11,351 nucleotides of DNA from Candidatus Eiseniibacteriota bacterium (GCA_046598045.1 JBKJJJ010000187.1:1-11351); one strand, 5' to 3'. Positions 1 through 6,685 are shown, counted from the first letter of the stretch. The notes: generated by a model not told the origin, from the letters alone. Translations and numbers: made by a program.

Positions 1-1970
1 GGCAGGCCGATCTCGTAGTCGAACACGCGCGGCCGGAGCCCGGCGTTGGCCGTTCGCCCCGCGTGACCGAAAGGAATTTCGGCGACGATGGCGCCATCCT
101 GGCCGAGCCAGGCCCAGCCCTCTCGCAGATCATCCACGAGCGAGCCCGGCACGCCGCCGTCCGGAGCGCGGTGCAGGTCGGCCAGGCGCGCCGTCGCCAG
201 GCCCGCGCCATAGAGCGCGTTCCAGACCACGCGGACGGGCCCGGACCGCTCCTCCATGTCGATCCCCTGGAACAGGACGCCACAGGCGAAACGCGGCGGC
301 GGGGAGTCGCCCGCGAGCGCATCCCAGTCGGATTCCTCGATCCCGATGTCGCGTGCGCCGTCCGCAGCGGACCCGGTCACGCGTTGCGCGAAGAAGGCCT
401 TCCAGCGCGCATGCGCCGCCAGGGCGCGCGCCAGAGTCCCGGCGGCGGCCCCGGGCGCGACCCGGTCCGGCGCGAGGAACGAGTTGGTGGCCGCGCGCGG
501 CATCGGTTCGAACGTGCCGTGCCAAAGCTCGACCAGCGGAAATTCCCGATCGCCCGCGTGCCGGGCGAGGAACCGCTCCACCCAGGGCGCCAGCAGGAGC
601 TCCCTCGGGTAGAGCGCGGCGAACACACGCGCGTAGCGCGGCAACAGCCTTTCCAGTTCCTGTCCGACGCTTTCGGGAATCCGCACGTGAAGGGCGCACG
701 CGGCATCGACCCGCAGGATGGGCTCCCCGGCCCGCGGCGCCCCACCGGGGAGTTCTCTCGCCGCGGCGTCGATGCGCACATGAGCGCGGCCCCGCGATGG
801 TGGATCACCCGCGCGCTCCAGCGCGTCGACCGCCTGTTCCACTTCCTCGAGGATCGCGGCGCACGCGCGGGCCGGTGCGGACGATTCCTGCCCGCGCGCC
901 AACTTCCTCGCCCACGCGCGCAGGGGACGGCTCTCGAGGTGGGACACGCCCCCATCGAGCTGAAGGAGTCCCATGTCCACCAGTCGCGTGAGCCACGGGC
1001 CGGTATCGCGCCGGGCCCGCGCGCGCGTCCAGCCATGCAGTTCGGCCTGCGCAATCGACTCGCCCACGTCCGCCCCGAACCCGCGCAGGTGCTCGATCAA
1101 CTCGTCCACCGCGGGACTGGCGGCGATCCGGATGCGGGTTTCGAGCGCCTGCTCGTCCTCCGCGCGGGCGGGCCGCCAGAAGAACCAGGCACGATCCTCC
1201 GACATGAGGGACGGATTGAGCCGGAGGCGGCACGTGGCCGCCTGCTCGCGCAGAGTCGCGGCGACCACGCGCCGGGCGTGCGCGACGTCGATTCGCACCT
1301 GTAGCCGCGCCGGGCCGGGATCGCCGGAGATCTCCGCCGTCACGCCCCAGCCGCCGACGGCGGTCGAGCAGAAGAGCCCGTGAGGCGTGGTCTTGCTCGC
1401 CCTGCGCACGGCGTACCGAACCAGCGTCGCCGCGACCTGACGCTCGCGCGCCCGCCAACCGGCGACATCCCGCGCGTGCAGGCGTTCGGCCGCGAGCGCG
1501 AGTTCCGGCGCCGCGAACCGGAGGGCTTCTAGAAATGCAGGGTCGGCGGCCAGGAGCCGAACTTCCGTCCGCGCACGCGATTCGAACGCACGCCACGCGA
1601 ACTCGACTTCGCCTCGTGCCAGGTCCCGACGCTCACGGGTGTGCACGAATGCGCTGATGCGCGCGGCCGAGGCCGCGTCGTCCCCGAGCGCGCTCGCGAG
1701 ATCGACCGGGAGGACGGCGCGGCCTGAGTGCACGGCCCGGCGAAGCGCAAGGCGACCGAAGCGGAGCCGCGCGTTGCGGGGATCGCTCTCGGCCGCGCCC
1801 GCGGCGGCGTACAGTGCGTCCTCGATCCCGGCCCGGGCGACGCGTGCCTCGTCCTCCGCGGCCTCGAGTTCCCGGTGCGCCCGCGTGCAATCCGGCGCCG
1901 TCCAGCGTTCGAGATCGCGCAGGGGCGCCCCCGCCGCGCGCACGAGAACGCGCGGCGAACGCTCGATCAC
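1..1970 (-). CDS. Lantibiotic dehydratase glutamylation-domain protein (stand-alone LanB N-terminal, TbtB-like); 3' end lies beyond the left edge
   Basis: Absent from the ORF track, consistent with having no stop in the window. Manual translation from GTG at 1970 (GTGA overlap with the upstream stop at 1967-1969) gives MIERSPRVLVRAAGAP...LALRRAVHSGR...DPAFLEALRFAAPEL...LVRYAVRRASKTTPHGLF (motif at 1371-1415). At the window edge it reads ...IVAEIPFGHAGRTANAGLRPRVFDYEIGL. These match LanB glutamylation-domain motifs (N-terminal R-x-x-G-x-P, DPxFxEAL, YxxRxxx[RK]xTPxGxF, NxxxRP...YEI). About 656 codons lie in the window. Confidence 0.9.
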   Translation of the reverse strand, partial: MIERSPRVLVRAAGAPLRDLERWTAPDCTRAHRELEAAEDEARVARAGIEDALYAAAGAAESDPRNARLRFGRLALRRAVHSGRAVLPVDLASALGDDAASAARISAFVHTRERRDLARGEVEFAWRAFESRARTEVRLLAADPAFLEALRFAAPELALAAERLHARDVAGWRARERQVAATLVRYAVRRASKTTPHGLFCSTAVGGWGVTAEISGDPGPARLQVRIDVAHARRVVAATLREQAATCRLRLNPSLMSEDRAWFFWRPARAEDEQALETRIRIAASPAVDELIEHLRGFGADVGESIAQAELHGWTRARARRDTGPWLTRLVDMGLLQLDGGVSHLESRPLRAWARKLARGQESSAPARACAAILEEVEQAVDALERAGDPPSRGRAHVRIDAAARELPGGAPRAGEPILRVDAACALHVRIPESVGQELERLLPRYARVFAALYPRELLLAPWVERFLARHAGDREFPLVELWHGTFEPMPRAATNSFLAPDRVAPGAAAGTLARALAAHARWKAFFAQRVTGSAADGARDIGIEESDWDALAGDSPPPRFACGVLFQGIDMEERSGPVRVVWNALYGAGLATARLADLHRAPDGGVPGSLVDDLREGWAWLGQDGAIVAEIPFGHAGRTANAGLRPRVFDYEIGL

Positions 1971-2875
1971 TGCGATTCGGCCGGCGTCCGTCCGCCATGG
2001 AGACGCCAGGCCATGTAGCGCAGGATCGCCTCCCCGGCAGGCTCGATGCCCAGGCGATTCATGAACATGTGCGTCAGCGACCAGGCGAGATACGGAGGGT
2101 GCGCGGAGATCCGGGTGCTCGCGAGCCCCGCGCGCAACGCCTCGAGGTGAGGCGCGCTGGCGGTCACGAATCGATCCACGATCTCCTGGTCAGGCGACGG
2201 ATCGGCGGTCTCGGCGGGCGCGCGCAGGAGCCGCCGCAATCCGGGCTCGTTGCGCGCGAATGCGGCGTCGAGCGTCCGCCTCTGATCCGCGGACCAGACG
2301 CCGGTGTCGAACGCCCATTGAAAACCCTGACGATCGAACTCCTCGCGCGCCGCCGGCGCAAATCCGAAGCCGCTTGCATAATGTTCGGCGAGGACAAGCG
2401 CGAACTCGCGTCGCGTCCAGCGCGCGCCAGCGGAGCGCTCGAGCGCCATCCGGTCGAGGACGGCGAGCGAATCGAGATGAAACAGTTGCTCGGCGATCCG
2501 CATCCCCTCGGGTCCGCCGTAGCGGTCGAGTTCGCGCTCGTACGTCGCAAAGCGCGAGTGGGTGACCAGGCCCTCGGCGGAGGGCGCGCGCAGGGCCTCC
2601 TCGAGGGCGCGCCTGACTTCGCTCGCGATCCACGCTTCCTCTCCGAGCACGCGAAAGCGCACCTGCCAGGTCGGCTCGGAATAGCGGACGAAGAACAGCG
2701 AATTGAGGGCGGGGTGAGCACGCCAGCGCGCGGCCAACGGCTCGACGATCCGGGTGATCACTTCCTCGTGGGATTCCCGGGGAGCCTCGAGCAGGGCATA
2801 CAGGCAGGCAGGATCGCGCAAGGGGGGAGGGCCCAAGGCGGGGGCGCCAAGGCGCGCTCCCGCCGCGTCGCTCAA
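1967..2875 (-). CDS. Stand-alone LanB elimination-domain protein (thiopeptide-type bacteriocin biosynthesis domain, TbtC / NisB C-terminal-like)
   Basis: Motifs FFVRYSEPTWQVRFRV, YERELDRYGGPEGMRIAEQLFHLDS and SLTHMFMNRLGI...E parallel the NisB C-terminal motifs FFLRY..PHIRLR, YDQEVERYGG and SIIHVHNNRL. Start placed at TTG 2875 (TTGA overlap with the precursor stop); TTG at 2821 is an alternative. The ORF-track start at 2941 overlaps the precursor gene. Confidence 0.9.
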   Translation of the reverse strand: MSDAAGARLGAPALGPPPLRDPACLYALLEAPRESHEEVITRIVEPLAARWRAHPALNSLFFVRYSEPTWQVRFRVLGEEAWIASEVRRALEEALRAPSAEGLVTHSRFATYERELDRYGGPEGMRIAEQLFHLDSLAVLDRMALERSAGARWTRREFALVLAEHYASGFGFAPAAREEFDRQGFQWAFDTGVWSADQRRTLDAAFARNEPGLRRLLRAPAETADPSPDQEIVDRFVTASAPHLEALRAGLASTRISAHPPYLAWSLTHMFMNRLGIEPAGEAILRYMAWRLHGGRTPAESQ

Positions 2876-3003
2876 CCTTCGTTGAAATCGTTGATGATCA
2901 CCGGGCAAGTGCACCGGGGCGAAGTGCTGGAGCCCGTGCAACCGGGCTTCGCGGCGGCTTCAAGCTCCTCGAACTCGAGTTCCAAGGCCCATTCGTGGTT
3001 CAT
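2872..3003 (-). CDS. RiPP precursor peptide, 43 aa: MNHEWALELEFEELEAAAKP-GCTGSSTSPRCTCPVIINDFNEG
   Basis: ATG at 3003-3001 with a GGAGG Shine-Dalgarno at 3013-3009, and TGA at 2874-2872. An acidic leader-like N-half is followed by a segment with 3 Cys, 3 Ser and 3 Thr. It is the first gene in front of both halves of a LanB. In the ORF track it is only the tail of the 743-aa ORF 2872..5103. Confidence 0.88.
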   Translation of the reverse strand: MNHEWALELEFEELEAAAKPGCTGSSTSPRCTCPVIINDFNEG

Positions 3004-3008
3004 GTCGA

Positions 3009-3055
3009 CCTCCGGGAGGAATCCTGCTGCCGTGAGGATCGGGCGACCCTCCCGG
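3009..3055 (-). promoter_or_regulatory. Structured 5' leader of the precursor gene, overlapping its SD
   Basis: Inverted repeats CCGGGAGG (3012-3019)/CCTCCCGG (3048-3055) and ATCCT (3021-3025)/AGGAT (3035-3039). The SD GGAGG is at 3013-3009. Confidence 0.4.
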
Positions 3056-3122
3056 CGGTTCAACTGCCACGACGCTAGTCCCGCGCGTTCCATACCGCAA
3101 GCCTCGAGTTCCGAGCCCGCCA

Positions 3123-3131
3123 TGGTAGGCT
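3123..3131 (+). promoter_or_regulatory. Putative extended -10 promoter (TGnTAGGCT) for engB, probably leaderless
   Basis: TG-G-TAGGCT ends 7 nt before the engB ATG at 3139. There is no SD in between. Confidence 0.5.
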
Positions 3132-3138
3132 GCGGCCC

Positions 3139-3732
3139 ATGAAGATCACGGATGTCCAGTTCGTCGGCGCGTTCCTCGATCCCGCCAAATGCCCCCCGGA
3201 CCGCCCCGGCGTGGTGTTCACCGGAAGATCGAACGTGGGCAAGTCCACGCTCGTGAACCGCGTGGTCAACCGCGCGATCGCGCGCACCAGCAAGACCCCG
3301 GGCCGCACGCGCCAGCTCATCTATTTCGCCGTCGAGCGCGCGCGCGGCGCGCCGTTCTACCTCGTGGACCTGCCGGGCTACGGCTACGCGGCCGGCCCCG
3401 TAAAGGAGCGCGAGCAATTCTCCCGCGCCGCGCGCGCGCTGCTCGCCGACGGCGACCGGGTCGCGGCCGTGCTGCAGCTGGTCGACGCGAGCGTACCCTG
3501 GCAGGCCTCGGACCTCGAGATGCTGGAGTGGCTGCTGGTCGAGGGCGTGCCCTTCGCGCTCATCTACACCAAGGCCGATCGCGTCAAACGCGGCCCGCTG
3601 ATCGCGAAGACCAAGGAGCTCGAGCGCCTGCTCCCCTGGCGCGACGAGATCGCAGTGCTGCCCACCTCGGCGAAGGACAACGAGGGCATCGTCGGCGTGC
3701 GCAAGTGGATCGAGAGTGCGCTCGAGCGTTAG
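3139..3732 (+). CDS. engB: Ribosome biogenesis GTP-binding protein EngB/YihA/YsxC
   Basis: G1 GRSNVGKST, G2 SKTPGRT, G3 DLPGYG, G4 TKAD and G5-like TSAK; 197 aa. Confidence 0.96.
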   Translation: MKITDVQFVGAFLDPAKCPPDRPGVVFTGRSNVGKSTLVNRVVNRAIARTSKTPGRTRQLIYFAVERARGAPFYLVDLPGYGYAAGPVKEREQFSRAARALLADGDRVAAVLQLVDASVPWQASDLEMLEWLLVEGVPFALIYTKADRVKRGPLIAKTKELERLLPWRDEIAVLPTSAKDNEGIVGVRKWIESALER

Positions 3733-5030
3733 CGATGGACCGGCGGGAGCTCGAACAGCGCGTAGTCGAGCGCTAGCGCGTGCACCGAGTCGGGCAATGC
3801 CTTGTCGACCACGAAGCGCACCGGCATCGTGCTCGACGCGCCGGGCGCGAGTTTCTGACGCGAAAAGCAGAAACACACCTGCTTGTGGAACATCGTGTCC
3901 GCCGACGCGGGCGTGATCCGGTGCACCGCCTGGAACTCCACCGGGCGCTTGGACGGGTTCACGAACCGGTACCGGACCTCGGTGACCTCGCCCCGGCGCA
4001 CGACCACGCTCGGATGGAGCGGCGCGGCGATCACCGGCAAGCCCCCCATCGTGTGCGACGACAGGTGGATCGTCAGCGCCGGCCCCGCAGCCAACGCGGG
4101 CGCCACGGCCGGGACGTCGGCCTCCCGCGGCGCACGTCCACCCGCGAGGCCCGCGTCGACGCCGAGCGCGATGAACAACAGGAACAGGTACGCGATCGAG
4201 AAGCGGAACAGCTTCACCGCCCGCCCGGTCTCGGCGGTGACCAGCAGGCGCCACGCGAAGTACAGGAATGCCCCGCCGAGCAGCAGCGCCGGCACCCAGT
4301 ACAAAGGCCCCGCGACGCGAATCACCGCGGGGAACAGCGTGATCGGCACGAGGTAGATCGTGTAGAGCATGATCTGCTTGCGTGTGTACTCCTCGCCGTG
4401 GATCACCGGCAGCATCGGGATCCCCGCTCGCAGGTAGTCCTCGCGGCGATAGAGCGCGAGCGCCCAGAAGTGCGGCGGCGTCCAGAAGAACACGATCGCC
4501 GTCAGCAGCACCGCCGGGAGCCCGATCGTGCCCGTCACCGCGGCCCATGCGATCAGCGGCGCGCTCGCGCCGGCGAGGCCGCCGATCACGATGTTCTGCG
4601 GCGTCCGGCGCTTGAGCCACACGGTGTAGAACAAGGCGTAATAGGCGATCGACAGCATGCCGACGACGGCGGCCAGCAGCGTCGTCAGCCCGGCGAGCAC
4701 CCACCACGCGAGCGCCGCGAGCACGAACGCGAACACCAGCACCTGCCCCGTCGTGAGCGTGCCGGTCGGCAGCGGGCGCATCCGCGTGCGCACCATCAGG
4801 GCGTCGATGTCGCGGTCGAAGTAGTGATTGAACGCCGCGGCCGAGGCCGCCGCGAGCGCCGTGCCGAAGATCGCGCCGAGCGCGATGCGCGGCTCGGGCC
4901 AGCCGCGCGCCGCGAGCAGGAGCGCCGGGATGCCCGTCAGGAGCACGAGCAGGACGATGTTCGGCTTCATCAACTCGACGTACGCGAGCAGCACCCGCTT
5001 CGCGTCGGGCCGCGCCACGGCGACGTTCAC
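3729..5030 (-). CDS. ctaB: Heme O synthase (protoheme IX farnesyltransferase, CtaB/CyoE) fused to a C-terminal Cox11/CtaG copper-chaperone domain
   Basis: GTG at 5030 (GTGA overlap with the ctaA stop), 433 aa. CtaB motifs: KPNIVLLVLLT, NHYFDRDIDALMVRTRMRPLPTG, YTVWLKRRTPQNIVIGG, WTPPHFWALA, DYLRAGIPMLP. An Ala/Pro linker follows, then Cox11-like GEVTEVRYRFVNPS...QAVHRITP...FHKQVCFCFSRQKLAPG...MPVRFVVD...LDYALF (CFCF at 3864-3875), with no intervening stop. Confidence 0.92.
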   Translation of the reverse strand: MNVAVARPDAKRVLLAYVELMKPNIVLLVLLTGIPALLLAARGWPEPRIALGAIFGTALAAASAAAFNHYFDRDIDALMVRTRMRPLPTGTLTTGQVLVFAFVLAALAWWVLAGLTTLLAAVVGMLSIAYYALFYTVWLKRRTPQNIVIGGLAGASAPLIAWAAVTGTIGLPAVLLTAIVFFWTPPHFWALALYRREDYLRAGIPMLPVIHGEEYTRKQIMLYTIYLVPITLFPAVIRVAGPLYWVPALLLGGAFLYFAWRLLVTAETGRAVKLFRFSIAYLFLLFIALGVDAGLAGGRAPREADVPAVAPALAAGPALTIHLSSHTMGGLPVIAAPLHPSVVVRRGEVTEVRYRFVNPSKRPVEFQAVHRITPASADTMFHKQVCFCFSRQKLAPGASSTMPVRFVVDKALPDSVHALALDYALFELPPVHR

Positions 5031-5977
5031 GCGCCGGCCTGCCCCGCGGCCGGATCCGGCGCGGACGCGAACGCGCGCAGGGTCGCGAGCGCGAGCAGCG
5101 CATACAGCAGCGTGCCGGTCGCGAGGTGCGCCGCGGTGATCCAGACGGGAACGGCCAGCAGCACGTTGAACACTCCGAGGACGATCTGGAGCAGCACCAG
5201 GGCAGGCGCCAGGGCGGCGACCGCGCGCACCCGCGAATCCTGCGCCCTCTGCGCGCCGAATGCCACCCCGACGAGCAGCCCGGCCAACAGGTAGGCGCCG
5301 AAGCGGTGGATCATCTGGAGCCCGACCAGTCCGTCGATCGTCGGCAGCAGCTCGCCGTGGCAGCCGGGAAAGTCCGGACACGCCAGCCCCGCGTGCTGCG
5401 TGCTGACGAGCCCGCCCATCAAGACCTGCAGCAGCGTCGCGGTCGTCGCCGCCAGCAGCCCGATGCGCGGTCCCCACGGTGCGCCGACCGCGCGCGCATC
5501 GCCACCCGCATCGCCGGCGGCGACACGCTGCGCGCGCTCGGCGATCGCCAGCAGCGCGGCCAGGAACAGGAGCGCGTTGCCCAGGTGGAGCGTGACGATG
5601 CCGAACTGGAGAAGTCTCCAGACCGTCAGCGCACCGAGCACGATCTGGAGGAAGAGCAGGGCGAGCGCCACCAGCACATGCCCGAGCAGCGCGCGGCGCA
5701 GCGGTGCGTTCGCGATCACGAGGCCTGAGAGCGCGAGCGTCCCGAGGCTCACCAGCAAGGCCACGAAGCGGTGGGACCACTCGAGCAGCACCTGGGTCTG
5801 CAGCGGCGGGATCAGCCGGCCGTGGCACAGCGGCCAGTCGGGGCACGCCAGGCCCGAGCCGGTCGAGCGCACGACCGCCCCGAGCACGATCAGGCCGAAC
5901 GCAAGGAGCGCGGTGCCACGCGCGAGGCGCGCCACGTCCGCGGCGCCGGGGACGGTCCCGAGCGAGCGCGCGTTCAT
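5027..5977 (-). CDS. ctaA: Heme A synthase (COX15/CtaA family), two Cys pairs
   Basis: ATG at 5977 (ATGA overlap with the cytochrome c stop), 316 aa. Motifs GSGLACPDWPLCHG, EWSHR, HLGNA, ACPDFPGCHG, HRFGA and HLATG; multiple hydrophobic helices. Confidence 0.93.
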   Translation of the reverse strand: MNARSLGTVPGAADVARLARGTALLAFGLIVLGAVVRSTGSGLACPDWPLCHGRLIPPLQTQVLLEWSHRFVALLVSLGTLALSGLVIANAPLRRALLGHVLVALALLFLQIVLGALTVWRLLQFGIVTLHLGNALLFLAALLAIAERAQRVAAGDAGGDARAVGAPWGPRIGLLAATTATLLQVLMGGLVSTQHAGLACPDFPGCHGELLPTIDGLVGLQMIHRFGAYLLAGLLVGVAFGAQRAQDSRVRAVAALAPALVLLQIVLGVFNVLLAVPVWITAAHLATGTLLYALLALATLRAFASAPDPAAGQAGA

Positions 5978-6669
5978 GGCATCCCCATCCCCGCCGTCGG
6001 CGGGCCCTGCGCGCGCGCGGCCGCGACGTCGCGCGGGCGCACGTGGTGACGCAACGAGTCGGCGTCGCCGCCGTCGGGCGCGGGCACGCGGCCCGGCGCG
6101 GACGCGAACGCGACGCGCTCGTAGCTCAGGATCGCGGCCAGTTCGGCGTCGCTCGCGGCGCCGGCGAACGCCGGCATACGCGCGCGCGCGCGATCGTGCA
6201 CGTCGCCGGGCACCTCGCGCAGCGCGTCGGAGCCGTAGAGGGCGACGCGCGCGTGCGCGGCGATCGGGCCGGCCAGCACGCGGCTCATCACCAGCGCGGG
6301 ATACGCGGGCGGCAAGCCATGGCCGTCCGGGAGGTGGCAGGGCGCGCAGCGGTTCTGGTACGCGCGCTCCCCGGCCCGGGCGGCGACGAGGAGCGGTGCA
6401 TCGTCGCCCACGCGCTCCCAGGGCATGCCGGCGCCGGAGACCCCCGGCGCGAGCGCGCCCGAGCGCGCGAGGATCGCGGCGGGCACGGCGAACAGCCCCG
6501 CGAGTCCGACCACGAGCAGCCACGCGTTGCGCGCGAAGTGCGGGCGCGCTTCGCTCGCGCGCCAGGAGAGGAAGCGCGCGAACAGCCACGCCTCGGCCAC
6601 GAGCAGCAGCGCGATCGCCGCCTGCGCCGCGAGGGCAGCGAGGCGCGTTGATGCCGGATCAGGGCTCAC
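5974..6669 (-). CDS. Membrane-anchored monoheme c-type cytochrome
   Basis: Two N-terminal hydrophobic helices, then GERAYQNRCAPCHLPDGHGLPPAYPAL (CxxCH at 6334-6348), a distal-ligand MPAF and DAELAAILSYER. The start is uncertain; GTG 6669 was chosen because it lies downstream of the putative promoter/operator. Confidence 0.85.
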   Translation of the reverse strand: MSPDPASTRLAALAAQAAIALLLVAEAWLFARFLSWRASEARPHFARNAWLLVVGLAGLFAVPAAILARSGALAPGVSGAGMPWERVGDDAPLLVAARAGERAYQNRCAPCHLPDGHGLPPAYPALVMSRVLAGPIAAHARVALYGSDALREVPGDVHDRARARMPAFAGAASDAELAAILSYERVAFASAPGRVPAPDGGDADSLRHHVRPRDVAAARAQGPPTAGMGMP

Positions 6670-6685
6670 GCGGCGGGGACTCTTG

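Noticed and set aside
63..1304. 413-aa plus-strand ORF, and similar ORFs 353..991, 130..699, 377..1054 and 805..1596
   Set aside because: Antisense or off-frame shadows of the LanB glutamylation gene; Arg/Pro/Gly-rich with no motifs, as expected at high GC.
1..3003. Classification as a PEARL (pearlin) or canonical thiopeptide cluster
   Set aside because: PEARL clusters lack an elimination partner, which is present here. The core lacks the distant Ser pair needed for pyridine formation, and the 1967-2875 protein has eliminase motifs (RYGG, HMxxNRL) rather than looking TbtD-like. Downstream genes are not visible, so the class stays open.
3055..3069. Sigma54-like GG-N10-GC (TGGCAGTTGAACCGC, minus strand) upstream of the precursor
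   Set aside because: The -12 element is CCGC rather than TTGC, which is too weak in GC-rich DNA.
1814..3142. 442-aa plus-strand ORF
   Set aside because: Antisense shadow of the elimination-domain and precursor genes; no recognisable motifs.
2872..5103. 743-aa minus-strand ORF
   Set aside because: Overlaps ctaB off-frame and engB antisense. Only the last 43 codons, which have their own SD and ATG, look real (the precursor).
5031..6589. N-terminal extensions of ORFs 3729..5846 and 5027..6589 suggesting larger fusions
   Set aside because: The extensions are off-frame readings of ctaA and the cytochrome c gene. GTGA/ATGA-coupled starts at 5030 and 5977 explain the real genes.
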